Shown here one piece after another: positions 1 through 13,238 of a DNA stretch of 64,000 nt (position 1 is its first letter; every line of letters starts with the position of its first letter). Source of the stretch: Azolla caroliniana. Lineage: Eukaryota; Plantae; Polypodiophyta. Both the position numbers and the translations under genes were made by a program. The notes below the pieces were generated by a model. That model did no database searches, was not told the DNA's origin, and worked only from the letters and a program-made list of their open reading frames with translations. The stretch lies in assembly GCA_043228905.1 (NCBI GenBank), contig JBHGNT010000002.1, forward strand, positions 18,042,001 to 18,106,000, written 5' to 3'.

Positions 1-1962
1 CCGTGATAATGCATCTGCCTTCCCTTGGTGCCTCCCTGGACGATATGTAATTTTGAAGTCGAAACGCGTGAGGAAGTGGGCCCACCGAGCTTGATGTCGA
101 TTCAACACACGAGCATCCTGAAAGTAGGCAAGATTCTTGTGGTCACTAAATACGGTGACTGGATGAGAGGATCCCTCCAGAAAATGCCTCCATTGCATAA
201 AAGAATCCACTATTGCCAATAGCTCCTTATCATGAATTTCGTAGTTGATTTCAGCGGCATCAAACTTGCGTGAGTGAAAAGCCATAGGATGTAGCTTCTC
301 ATCATTCCCCTATTGTGACAGAATGCCCCCCAATGCAAAATCCGATGCGTCAGCTTCGATAATGAATGGTTTTTCCGGATCGACATGAGCTAGAATTGGA
401 GCCGATGTAAATGCCTTTTTAAGACTCTCGAAATCCATGTCCGTTTCTTTAGACCAGATGAACGGTTGTCCCTTCCTGGTAAGTTGTGTGAGAGGTAGAA
501 CGATCTTTGAGTAATCTTGTATGAACTTCCGGTAAAAATTGGCAAAGCGTAAGAAGCATTGCACATCCCACACCGAACGCGGAGTCTGCCATTCTACTAC
601 CGTTTTGACCTTAGCTGGGTCCATGGAGATGCCTTCTGACAAAATGATGTAGCCGAGAAATTCCACTTGGTTGCACCCGAAACAACATTTTTCTAGCTTT
701 GCATACAGACCATGTTCTCGAAGTCGTTTTAGTACTAATAGTACATGAGAATCATGTTCTTCTTGGGTCTTTGAATAAACCAGTAGATCATCCAAATAGA
801 TGATCAAACAATCATCCAATAGATCTCGGAATATATCATTAGACATGTGCTGGAAGATTGCCGGCGCATTAGTGAGGCCGAATGACATGACAGTATACTT
901 GAAGTGCCCATATCTGGTGCGAAACGCGGTCTTCCATTTGTCTCCTGGTCGGATCCGTACGAGGTTATATGCTCCCCGTAAGTCGATCTTTGTGAAGAAC
1001 CTGGCACCATTGATCCGTTCTAAAAGACTTGAGATAAGGGGAAGAGCATACCTATTCCTGATTGTAACCTTATTCAAGCCATGGTAATCTACAACGAGAC
1101 GAAGCGATCCATCTTTTTTCTTGACGAAGAAAATGGGCGCGCCGGCTGGAGATTTCGAATGCCGAATGAAACCATTTTCCAAATTCTCCTCTATATAGGT
1201 CCGAAGGACTTCCAGCTCAGTTGGTGACAAATTGTAGATCGGTCCCCATGGCGGCTCTTTTCCCGGTTGTAAATCGATGGGGCAATCGTATGTTCGATGA
1301 TGAGGAAGTGTGTTGGCTTGTACTTTATCGAACACATCGGCGTAATGACGATACTTCTCGGGAAGTTGAACGGTGGATTCTTCTTTAGTGGTGCTGGAGG
1401 GGTTTACTGATATTGCAAAGAGGAACATTTCCTCCTTGTGCCCTTCTTTACGCAACTCACGTAGCGAAATGGTTGCCATCTTCTGAGTTGACCCTTGGGT
1501 TTGTCGACACCGGATTTCTCTTGTTCTCCAATCTATGTCTGGGTTATGTAACTCGAAACACGGTAGTCCTAAAACTATAGGATGTTCTGGGATACTAATA
1601 ATATTAAATGATACTACACATGCTAAGTTATCTAGGACAATATTAATGGGCTCTAAGTCTTCTATGATATTTCCGGAAGCAATGGGATGTCCATCAATGA
1701 CTACTACAGAGGCTAGACACTGGAGTTTTCTTAGGGATATCTTATGAGCTTGAGCAAATTTCTTATTGATAAAGCCAGAGTTAGCTCCGGAATCTAGGAG
1801 TGCTAGGACATGTACTGGAGGGGTACTTTTAGTACTAACTATTACTTGGGCTACGAACACATCACTAACTTGCTTAGAGGGAATGGAACCACTAATGGGA
1901 TGCACAGATCTAGGGTTGTCCAACCAAACAACTCCTATTTTGGTTGGACTTAGTCGTTTAAC
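1..1962 (-). pseudogene. pol: pol (PR-RT-RNase H) in the -1 frame relative to gag; one TAG at 310-312
   Basis: ORF 310-1923 plus an in-frame RNase H continuation over 1-309; the frame is open upstream to 1977. Confidence 0.92.
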
Positions 1963-3101
1963 TCTTCTTCTAACTGACTAAGGACATCAAATTTGTTTGC
2001 TAGATCTGGGATATTAGTACTATTAGGACTATCAGATATCCCTACTGAAATAGGCTCGGATTTAGTACAATTAGAACTAGGGACTATTTGGTTTACCTAT
2101 CTTCTTGGCCTATGGGGGCAATTTATTGTGATATGTCCTGGTCCACCGCAGTAAAGACATAGTCGATTTGTACGGCGTCGCTGCTTTTCTTCTTTGGATA
2201 ATGGCCCTCGATGACATGTAGTGTCAATCTCCATCAGAGTCGGAGTATTCGTTGGAGGCGCATTATATGACTCCCTCGGAAAAGGTCTTGCTACCACTGA
2301 GGCGTAGGTGGGCTCTGATCTTGCCCTCGGCATCTGTAGCTGTCGTTCCGAACGTCGCTCAAAGAGGCGGTTGTCACATCTCACCGCGCGACTGATTGCT
2401 TCTGTTAAGGACTTTGGCTCTTCGGGGAATGTCATGAGTAAATCCTTGACGTCGTTGCGTAAACCATAACGGAATTGCTCCATCAACGCTTGATCATCCC
2501 AAGGGATATCGGCGGCGAGTAGGCGAAAATCTGCAGCGTATGCGGAGGCTGGACAGTCACCTTGGCGTAATCGCTAGATTTTGTTGATTGTGGTCCTGAT
2601 GCTGTCAGTATCTCCGAAACATGCTTTAAACTCGCCTAGAAACTCTTCAAAATTATTGAGTAACGGAGATTCCTTTTCTAATAGTGGAGTGAACCATGAC
2701 AACGCTAAGCCACTTAACAAAGTGCCTACTAAACCCACTCGTGATGCATAGGTGGGATATCGGGAAGGATGCATTTGAATAACTAATCGTACCTGGTTAA
2801 GGAACCCTCTAAACTGCGATCACGTTCCATAGAACTTCGCGGGAAGGCCAATCTTAGGTTCTTTATGAATCCCTTGTGTTCCGGGCCCTTGTTGTTGCAT
2901 CGCTACGATGGTCGCTTCGAGTTGTTGCACGCCTAACGCAAGTTCCCCATGCTGTTATTGCGTTTGCTGCTTTTCTAAGGAGATTTGCTGAAGATCCCCC
3001 AGCAACCGTTGGTTTTCTTGTTCCAAAGCATGGAACTTCTCCTTCAAGCATTGAAATTCCGAGAAAACAGATTGATATTCTTCAGCGCTAACAGTGGCCA
3101 T
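1950..3101 (-). pseudogene. gag: gag with in-frame stops
   Basis: One frame runs from MATVSAEEYQ (ATG 3101) through ORFs 2574-2774 and 2097-2486 to ...EEELND* (TAA 1950-1952). Internal stops include 2574 and 2097. Confidence 0.85.
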
Positions 3102-3175
3102 GGGATGAAAGAAAAGAGGAATAAAAGATTAGTAGGAAATGAGAGAGACAGAAGGTAGGGAAAATTGGTTCAAAC

Positions 3176-3540
3176 TGTCATGAACAGTACTGAGACAGAG
3201 AAGGAATTAGTACTAAACGAAGGATTAGTACTATGAGAGGTGTGGAACTTCTTCGAGAAAAGGAAGAAGTGAGCAAGACAGAGAGAAAGAGAGAGATCGA
3301 GAGAGAGAGAGAGTGTGTGATGATAAGAAAGATATGTATTATATGAAGAGAATATACAATGGTGGCTAAAAGGCTTAAGACTGGCGTTGAACCAATTTGG
3401 TTCAACATAATGCCTAGTGCCCTCTTTTATAGTGTTTTCAGGAGTAATCCTGAAGCTTCTAGAATGTTCCAGAGAAATCTGGAATATACACTAATTTCCT
3501 ATAATAAAATGTAAATGAAAATAATATCCTATGTATTACA
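3176..3540 (-). repeat. 5' LTR of the Tcn1-like gypsy
   Basis: TG...CA ends (tgtca at 3176, ttaca ending 3540); TATAAAA at 3431-3425 on -; lies just upstream of the gag ATG at 3101. Confidence 0.85.
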
Positions 3541-3635
3541 ATAGATGGTCTAATGGTCAAGAGTTTGACCCATATAACCTAAGGTCATGGGTTTGAGTCT
3601 TGCCATATCATGACACCATTGAGTTGTATTTTTTA
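3541..3635 (+). other. Degenerate tRNA-like or SINE-head sequence
   Basis: A-box-like TGGTCTAATGG (3547-3557), anticodon-arm-like CCCATATAACC, B-box-like GGTTTGAGTC (~3590-3599), T-run at ~3628. Confidence 0.3.
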
Positions 3636-5153
3636 CAAAAACAAAATTTCCTTAATTCAACCTTACATCAAATGACCGAACTTCGGGAATCTCATAGTGC
3701 TTTCGAGGCACGTGTCATTAGTTTACAACATGATACTAATAGACCCGATGAGTGTCAAGGTGACCATCATTTGTTGTAAAGCCATTTACGGGAGAAAAAA
3801 AAGGAAAGAACCGCAGAAGCAATCTGCACGTGGCTGGGCCGATGGGAGTCTCATTTTGAGCTTTATCCCAAGCCGAATAGTACGAAGATTGCATATGTCG
3901 GCCAAGAACTAGGGGGTAAGGCTACCGCTTGGTGGCGTGGGCTCCGCACTACAGGGAATTTGCCCGATACTTGTATAGACTTTGTCACAGTTTTCGAGGG
4001 CCAATGTCTGCAACCTCCATCTCGAACCGAGGCAACACAAGCATTAATGAATCTCTCTAGCCGAAACTTTTCCTCACTAGAAGACTATGTTCACCATGCT
4101 AGAACCCAAATTCAAAAATCGGGTCTAGAAGGGGACAATTGGTTGATAGCTTGTTTTGTTAATGGCATCCCCAATTCGGACTATCACTGGATAGTGCACG
4201 ATAAGGATCCCAAATCCTTCGAAGAGGCCGTTGTAATAGTTCTTCGCTATCAACACCCTTTGAAGGACCATAACAAACCCAACGAAGAACCTGAGACTAA
4301 GCAACCACAATTAGCTGGGAAACGCAAGACACCCAATGAATTCATGGATCGTGATTGTAAGCGACAACATCCTTTTTGCGTATTTTGCAAAAAGAAGGGT
4401 CATACAAAAGAGCAATGTCGATAGCTCCAATGGAAAGAGCACGATAGCAAAACAAAAGTTGCAGACCATAAAGGTCAGATTCCTAATGTCCTTCAGGTCT
4501 ATACACATCATCTAAGTAATTGTAAATGTTCTTTCCCTCACTATGTATTGGGACCTAATGATTTACTTCGTGCAACTGGGTATATGAATGGATCTCCCAT
4601 ACAATTTTTATTTGATTCAGGAAGCTCACACTACTTTGTGAATGATCGTTTGGTTCATATTTGTGAATGATCATTTGGTTCAGATATGGGGAATTCAACC
4701 CACCATAAGTGATCACACCTATAAGGTGCACTTGGTTGATGGAAGAGTACAATACAGCACCGGGGCGATTCATTCATTAGGAATTTCTATTAATCCTTAT
4801 ATAGAGGAAGTAGACTTCCATATAATGAATCTTTGTACCACTGATGTCATACCGGGTTATCCCTGGTTTTATAATAAACATTTTACCATTCCATCTCCTT
4901 TGTACGGAACGATTGTACTGATTTTATTCAATGTGTAAATAAACAATCTCTTTTGATTGTTTCCTCTCCATCAATATCCGAGTTGTCTTGTTCTTCTTTA
5001 TTTTATTGTGTACTTGATCCGAACATTCACGTTTATAATATCGATAATGTCTCGGTTCAATTATCATATTTTGAGCAACAACAATTCGATGAAATCTTAA
5101 ATGATTTTCATTATGTTTTTTTGAATGAACTACCGGATGGGTTGCCTCCTACA

Positions 5154-5460
5154 TGTTATCGTGAAGATTCCGGGCCATGGTGAGAAACCGGGGAATATCG
5201 GAAGAATCGGCGGAGTGCATCATGTGCACTTACCCTTGTAAAAATGTGTGAATAATAGGGGTGCCTTTATGGCGCCGAGTAGGAGTTAAGTCGGGACAGA
5301 GAATCCCATGTAAATCGGGATTTATCCCACATTGTTACGCATCCCTCTCCTTGTTCTATAAAAAGAAGGGAGTGCCCTTTGTAAAGGGGTTGCCTGTTTT
5401 GAGTTAGGAGGGTATACCGTTAGATTTAGGGTTAGGTAGTTTCTCTTATTTGCAGGTATA
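5154..5460 (+). repeat. LTR-like fragment where the decayed gypsy's RT should be
   Basis: Starts TGTTATC right after LPDGLPPT; contains CTATAAAAAG and a GC-richer U3-like tract; no partner LTR seen. Confidence 0.35.
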
Positions 5461-6829
5461 CATGCGCTCAAAACATGGTGCCATTATCTTTATGGAAATC
5501 GTTTTGTGGTAACTACGGACCACGAGTCCTTGAAATATATATACAATGGGCTGATCTCATCGAGGTCTTTGATTTTTCCATACGATATCGTAAAGGTTCC
5601 ATGAACACTGTCACTGATGCAATAAGTCGCATCTGTGAAGTTAACATGCTTAGCTTCACTGAAATAACATTAGATCTTTATGATCACCTTTGAGGAAAGT
5701 ATCCTGATGATTGTTATTTTGCGAAATACTGGGTAAGAGTTGAGTCTGGAAAAGACACCACTACATCCTCGAAGGAATACTTCCACATTGCTAACGGTCT
5801 GCTCTACCTTAATGGGAAGGTATGTGTTCTAGATTTGCCTGAGGTCAAAAAGAGAATTCTTTTTGAATGCGATGATGCAGCCTCAGTAGGGCACCCTTCT
5901 CATTGTTCAAATAGAGAGAGATTCGCCAATGGTTTATCTATTGGTGAAACGCGTTATTCAAGAAACTTTTGGTATTATTGCTACCGTTTAGCTAATATCC
6001 GAATTGGGTAGGGTTCTTTTGTGGGCGAAAAGATTACCCGTTTGATTGAGTATGCAACGTCTGAGTCTCTCCCACTAATCATAGTCTTGGGCTTGTCCTG
6101 TCAGCAATGTGCCGATGAGCCCGACTAGTTGAAAGTCATCATAATAGTGTCAAGGCTAAAGGTGAATAAGAAGGCGGATTGTGTTGATGAAGCCTCTTAA
6201 CCATGACCTCGTTCCATGGAATTTATCTAGCAAGCTAACATTGGGATCAATGGAAGAAGGGTCAATGGTGAGGTATGACCTTGTGGCCGCCTAAAGCTCT
6301 TGGACGGAGTTTTGCAAGTTTGCGTTCTCATATTGGAGTTGTTGCAAGGCCGCCAAAATTTGGTCAAAGTTACTAAATGATTATGACATAATAGGATATT
6401 GAGAAAGAAGAAAAAGAAGGAAGGAGATCAATTTGTCACGGATGAATAGTTGGACGATAGGGAGATGGGGAACTTGATGAGATATAGAAATGGGGAAGTT
6501 GATGACAATGAGTGAGAATATCTATTCCATGATTGGTGTTGATCTCCTTGATGTTAACAAGGGAGATCAACCCTTTTTATACATGTAGTGATGCATGATA
6601 AGCATGCTCATGCCAAGTCTTACATACTATAATATCAAGCATACTAATTCTTGCATGCCAAGTCTTACATACTGAGTCTTACATACCACTCTTTATACAA
6701 AGGTTTAAAGTCTAAAGTTTTTCTAGGTGAAATATATACCTAAGGCTCAAATTCGAGTCGATGTTCATGATACCTTCATCTAGCTAGTCTACACTTAGCT
6801 AATCTCCTTACACTTGTTCTCTTGTCCGA

Positions 6830-7090
6830 TCCATCCTCGGCTTCTTTAGCCGATCCCCCTCAATTTTGGCATGTCGAAATGTTGTAAACCCAACATACTT
6901 GAAAAATGGTGCAACTTGTCCAAGTCGAGAGGTTTGGTGAAGATATCGATAACCTGCCGATCCATTAGAACATATAAAATTTTGACTTCACTGGAGAGAA
7001 CTCGCTCACAGACCAAATGATACTACACCTCAATGTGCATTGTCTGGGCGTGGAAGCCGGGGTTCCTCTCTAGTTGGATGTTCCTCAATG
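6830..7090 (-). pseudogene. Ty1/copia RNase H C-terminal fragment with PPT, same family as Copia-A/B
   Basis: Minus strand reads HIEV*YHLVCERVLSSEV...RQVIDIFTKPLDLDKLHHFSSMLGL, followed by TTGAGGGGGA. Confidence 0.8.
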
Positions 7091-8407
7091 TTAGAGCTAG
7101 ATCCTAATGTAAGCATATGACAAGGAATTAATTGCTACTAAAACCACAATAACAACTTCTGAATTGGCTTACCAATTCGTTGATGAGTTATTTCATTTTT
7201 ATGGGTTATTGATGGATATTGTGAGTGATTGAGATCCAAAGTTTACTAACGACTTTTGGACACAAGTCTTTAAGAAATTAGAAACTACATTGAGCATGAG
7301 CTCCATGGATCATCCTCACTTTGATGGTTAGATAGAACGAGTAAATCAAATTATTGAGGACATGCTTCGAGCATACGTTGGTGGAAAACCAACAAAATGG
7401 GAACGTTATCTCTCAATTTTGGAGTTTTCTTATATAGCTCCAAGCATACATCGTCGTGATATAGTCATTTTATGTTGATGTATGGTTTTCAGCCACGAGC
7501 CCCGATTGATGTTAATATACATCATGATGAGTTGCGAGGTACGCAAAACGTTGGAGCCTATAGGAAAAATTTAGGAGTATTTTTTAACCTATAAACCTTT
7601 TGAAAGAGTGATGATAGAAATAAGAGATAAAGAAGATATATAAATCTAAAACTACAAAGATCTATTGATAATGAATGATCATGATAGGAGGAAGAGAGAA
7701 ATAATATACATAAATCCAAATATATAAAGCTATATTGATAACAACTAAACCACACTACATAAACGGGCAAGGAAACACCACATGAAATAGCCTCTCACTC
7801 CACCACCTTACTCTTCTTACTTTATATGAATGTCTCCTCTACTAGATAACTTTCCCTTGCTATCTTTTTTACGCTTTTTTTAGAAGTTTTCCATCTCCTA
7901 TTCTTAGCTATGACACAACGATAGTCTAATTATCATATCTCCCTCATCCGAGCCCCAAATTCAAAGATTTAAAAATCTACAAATATCTCTCTTCACAAGC
8001 TTTCCAACCTATATTTGAACATGATATTTGGTTTCCAAACGAATGAGTTATGAGTGTTCGTCGCAAACTATATTTTGGTGGCCCACTTTTTTCTTTTTTT
8101 TCTTTTCTCCATGTGCCTTGCTTTTAGTTTGAGTTATCCTCAAGACCTTGGTTTGTGTTCTTGCCCTCCAGATGTGAATGCACCATACCTTATATTCTTG
8201 TGGTGTTCAATACCTTGAATTCTGAAAACACTTTCACATTTAGCCCTCCCCGTTGCTTCTTGGTGAACCCTAAGCTACTAATAAAACCAAAGATTCTCCT
8301 TCGCCTTATTCATGGCTATAGACAAAGAAAGAGAGAATAAATAAAAAAGAAACAAATTATGTGAGTAAAACACTCGTTAGTCGGTAGGAAAAACCTCACA
8401 TTTCTAA

Positions 8408-8408
<1 letters not shown>

Positions 8409-8434
<26 letters not shown>
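8409..8434. repeat. (CA)n microsatellite
   Basis: Uninterrupted CA run. Confidence 0.9.
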
Positions 8435-8439
<5 letters not shown>

Positions 8440-11343
8440 AATTGCCATCACCATCTTTCTCCTTGTCAACACAAAGAAAGAGGTTACCACAATTATTATG
8501 TCTTTGTCAACTCTCCAAACACGAGTAGGGTCATGTGATACATAGCTCTTGAGAGAAATAAGCATATCAACATATGAATAAACCTTTCAAGCGAGTGAAC
8601 CTTTTTGCAGAAATACCTTCAAAGCTTTGAGATTTGTTGGAGTTGTCACCTTTTGAGTTACTTCAATCTTTGATTCCACATGAATTCCTTCGTGGCATAC
8701 CACATTCTCCACACTACCTGTTTTGTATGTATGACTATTTCATCTACAATCTCATCTCAAAAAGGAAGCAAAAATTGATCTCGTTTACTTGAATCAATCA
8801 AGGATTTGAAATTGATCTTATTCTTCTTTGGAACCACAACAATAGGTGACACACACTTCAAATCATCCATATAATAAATGAAACTCTCTTGGAACAATGC
8901 TTTATGATCTTCTTTTTGCACAACCTCAAATTGTTGAAGAATTTAGGCAATTGGTACACTCTCCTTCAACTTAATGTGGTGTTTGATGCCATCTTCTTCT
9001 TCTATTTGTGAATAGACATTTATGAGTAACTTTGGAAACTTAGAAAGAAGAGAAATAAACCTTAGATACTCTTCTCCTTCATATCGTTTGAAATCATCTT
9101 CTCTTTTTCCTCCAAGGTGACAATACTTTTCTCTTCAATGACTTCTTTTTCCTTCGTAGACACCACGTGGAATGATTTGTTCTCCCTTATCCTCTATAGC
9201 TCCCAAACAAGAACCCAAACCCTCGTCAACCATGTTTGAGGACTTTTGACAAATAGGATTTCCAATCTTACTCACTGTGGCATTGCATGAAGGACCAATT
9301 CTAATACCACTATTTACTAATGCATCCTTAATTAAAAGAGCTTTCATGATTACCGAAATAACGGGTTGAATATCCTTTCGTTCCTACACTCATACAACTC
9401 CCGCATAATGCACTGTTTTGGTACTTTGACGTATACTCGCTAGTCATCCCCATTCCTTCTGTATTTTTGGAGAGAGTTGAAGAAGTTGCGGCCAAGTGAT
9501 CCAGGTTCCATTAGTAATCAACTCTTGCTTGAGGCTGAAAGGCTCCACTCCTTTCTCCATAGGCATGTCCTCCATATTGATCTTTCTCCTTGAAGGACGT
9601 CTTTTTGAAGGATTCTCCATCTTAGACTCAGCTTTTTTCTTTATTTGAGGGTTACTTGACTCACCCCCCACCTCTTTGCCATTATGGTTTGCTCAAGTTC
9701 TCTTGATTGAACCAACATCACAATCATCGTCAGTATCATACATAAAATCAAGAAGAGTTACATTGGGTGGTATTGTTGGAACTTAAGCCATTGACAACGG
9801 TCCTCCGTCACTAGAAACTTGATTATTGTTATTTGCATGGTTGTTAAGTGAATTTGAACCTCTATGAACTTGATAGATACCTCTTCCTAAACCTCCTTGT
9901 CATCTCGAAGGACACTGTGTAGCAATATGGCCTTCAACACCACAAAAATAACAAACTAGGACTCGTTTTTCTTGTGGCACCTCTCGAACTTGGTTGGTGT
10001 TGACACAAGCTTGCATTTGCCAAAATTGATTTGTTAGCTCGTCAAGTTGTCGATTTAGTTGTTTGGGGAAACTTCCATCTATTCTTGAATGATCTACATC
10101 TTGCATCATTGGTATACTAGCTTGGTTAGTTATATTAGAATTAAAGATGTTTGGAAAAACCTAACCTCCATCTTAAACCACTCGTTCTCTATGCCTCATC
10201 GTAGAAGGATCCATGTTGACCAAAGCTCTTTGAATACCCTCTCATACTCAGAATAATCCATCATTGTTGACATACATTATCGTGCCTTTTGGTGCCGGAT
10301 CATTGCATGAGTCGGGTGGGAACCACCAGGGTTTTGGACTAGGAGGAGGAAGAATTTGAGACGAGTTTACTTATGAATATAAATAAATTATAAGAAAGAG
10401 AGGTTGAAACTTGCGAATCCCACAAGTATATTGTATTAGATTAATCAATATTAAGATGGTGCCAATCCATTTCTTTTTCTCCAGGCAATTAGGTACCAAG
10501 TGTTCTTTACCACACCCCGAGCATGATGCATCCCGTTGAACCACTCAATGAGGTCCTATGACTGTTGGTTGAGACTTTGTATTCCTGCTTCCGGTGGGGC
10601 GTATCGTGGTCGTTGTGCCATCTTGTTGTAGTACTCATGTTTAGTTGGGCACTCGCTAACCATGTGTGGCCCTTGGCAATTGAAACATTTCAATTATGGC
10701 CGTCTTAAACCATTGTTATTTCAATACCCCATCGGTGGGCCCCTCTGTTCTCCTCATAAGACATAGACTGGTATGGGTCTTCATATTCTCAGGGAACCCC
10801 CCCCCCCCCCAAAACCTGAGCTTGATTATCAGTGGCGTATTCTAGTTCAGTGAGGCGAGCTCCAATGCAAGGTAGTCAGGATTCCTGGGGAAGTATTGCG
10901 GGTAGTTGTGGGCGGCTAAGCGGTGAGCATGATTGTGGGTGCTCGACCACTTGTGTTTGGCCATATCTTCCATTTGGGGCTTGCCAACAGTTCTCTTGAG
11001 AGTGCATCACGAAGGCTTTGCACCACTTACAATATTGACACAGTCGTTGGTGGAGGAGAGGGCACTCATGCCCGATGTGATGGCCATGGCACGTTACGCA
11101 ACTTACATTTTCTATTTGGGCATATGCTTGGGGTCTCTCTATACTGGGTGTTGTCAGCGGTGTGGGTGGAGTGGGTTTCGAGGTCTTCTCATGGTTATTC
11201 GTAGGTGCTTGTGTGGGTATCTGCAACCCACTCATTGAATCTTCACAAGCTTCCACGAATGACCGACACATCAATTTGTCATCTGACAGTTTATCGCTCA
11301 GGCTACATTGATGGTGAAGGCTTTTTTGTGCGGTAGATATAAT

Positions 11344-11786
11344 TGTGAATGTTAACGTGCGGAAGCGTTAGACAGAACCGGCTCAGCCGCATAGAAACTG
11401 AGAATAAGATAAGGGTTTAATGGAGAAGCTTAATACATAGAGAGTATAGGCGTGGGAGAGACAAAGAGAGAGCAAAATGTAAACATAGATTCAAAATAAT
11501 AAAAACACTCTGTGACTCTGTACATACAACATGCTAAACAACACTATTTATACAAGTCCTCAAAGGGACTGACAGAAGTACTATGTACTTCAATGCTCAT
11601 ACAAGCAACTAACATTAACTACGAGACAATGATTACCTAGTAGTCTAGGCTATTCCTAGGCTTCCGGTTCGAGCTCGGATCCGACTCTCCTATCTGTCTC
11701 CTCGATCCGTCCGGTTGTTTCCGGATACCGATCCGGCTCAGGCTTATCCAGCCGATCCGGATCCGGTTGAGCTTGCTCGCTCAACA
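11344..11786 (-). repeat. Copia-A 3' LTR
   Basis: Direct repeat of 29621-30088 with many substitutions and a ~25-bp indel; abuts the PPT. Confidence 0.93.
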
Positions 11787-13238
11787 CTCCCCCTCAAGCT
11801 AAACTTGAGGTCAGATCGTGATGTTAGTGTCCGTGGCAGCCGGCTCCTTTTGGTGTCGCTCCGCCTTGCTCGCGCTCCTCGTCCGGTCCAGTTCTGTTTG
11901 CCGCGACCCTTCTGGTTCTGCGCACGTCGACCTCCTCAGCCGGCTTGTCTGCTCAATAGGCCCATCTCAACTCCCTCGCTGCTACGACTCTGACGCTTGT
12001 CAACCCATCGGTTCCTCCATGTTGATGTCGACTTCCGCTACCTTCTCGTCTGGTTGGTCTTTAGTTGATTCGACTTCTCCGAATCTTGAACCGAATTGGT
12101 TTCCTCTGATTCCTTCTAGCTCTTGTCCGAATCGGTCACTCCCGATTCATTCCGGTTCTTGTCTGAGTCGGTGTTCTCCAACTCGTCTCCCGGTTTCAGG
12201 CCCTTCACCACATCAGACCACGTTCGGGTCTGGGCCTTCTCCTTCCAATCGGCTCTATCCTTCTTGACTTTGCCATCGCTGCCGCTCGTTCCGACTTGTT
12301 TGGATGTGCCGACTTCTTCTGTTGACTCAGCTTCCTTTTTCTACTTATCTCTCCCTTTGTTGGTTCTTCCTTTTCCGGTTCCTTGTCCAGTGACGTCAAC
12401 AGTTTCTTTGCCTTTGCCTGTTATGGCACCGGTTTCTTTGGCTTTGCCCGTTCTCCCCCTCAAGTGCGGCATGTCGAGATGCTAAACACCAAGCATTTCG
12501 GTGAAGTGCTACAACTTGTCCGATCCAAGTAGTTTGGTGAAGATGTCGGCAACCTACCGATCCGTCTAAACATACCAAAGTTCAACTTCACTGCTCAGGA
12601 CCCGCTCGTGATAATACACTTCTATGTGCTTTGTTCGAGCATGGAATACGAGGTTCTTGGCGGGCTGAATGTTCCTCATGTTGTCACAGTAGAGCAGGAT
12701 TGGGGTCGGTACCCCGAACCGAAGGTCACGCAGCAGTCGCCGAAGCCAGATGGCTTCACAGGTGGCAATGGTAGTGCCCCGGTTCTCAACCTCAGTGCTC
12801 AACAGAGCCACTGTTGGCTGCTTTTTGCTGCTCCATGCCACAACCGCGCTACCGCTACCAAGAGAAAACATGTAACCGGAGGTGGATCGGCGATCCGATG
12901 CATCACCAGCCTAGTCGGCATCTGTGTATCTAACTAGCTCTTAAGTTATACTTTTGCCGATATAATAGTCCCCGGTCCTTTGTGCCGCTCACATACCACA
13001 ATATTCGATGTGTGCACTGAAGGTGCTCCACAGTTGGCTTCTGCATGAATGGGTTGATCAAATCGATCGGATAACTGATGTCAGGTCGGGTGATTGTCAA
13101 GTATATCAGGCCTCCGACTATTTGTCGGAACCATTTCTCATCATAGGTCGGTTTGGACTTGGGATAGAGCTTCTGGTTCCGGTCTAGGGGTGTGGAGACA
13201 GGTCGGCATTTTGTCATGCCAAACTTGTACAGGATATT

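Larger units (their letters stand above)
1..3540 (-). mobile_element. Ty3/gypsy LTR retrotransposon of Tf1/sushi/Tcn1-like type; 5' LTR, gag and PR-RT-RH present, 3' part outside the window
   Basis: LTR 3176-3540 (TGTAA...TGACA on -). PEG10/RTL1-like Gag with CLYCGGPGHITINC. Protease LLDSGA; RT PWGPIY, KIDLRGAY, YLDD; RNase H IEADASDFA...[11 protein letters not shown]...KADALSR. Confidence 0.95.
3860..7550 (+). mobile_element. Decayed Ty3/gypsy internal region (gag, PR, RNase H end, integrase); RT missing and several insertions present
   Basis: Gag ORF 3960-4424 with CVFCKKKGHTKEQC; PR-like LFDSGSSHYFV at ~4610; LPDGLPP at 5130; FDFSIRYRKGSMNTVTDAISR at 5570-5630; integrase DPKFTNDFW...ERVNQIIEDMLRAYV at 7230-7380. 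Confidence 0.8.

Noticed and set aside
10797-10810. Poly-C run
   Set aside because: Simple homopolymer expansion within a decayed gag.
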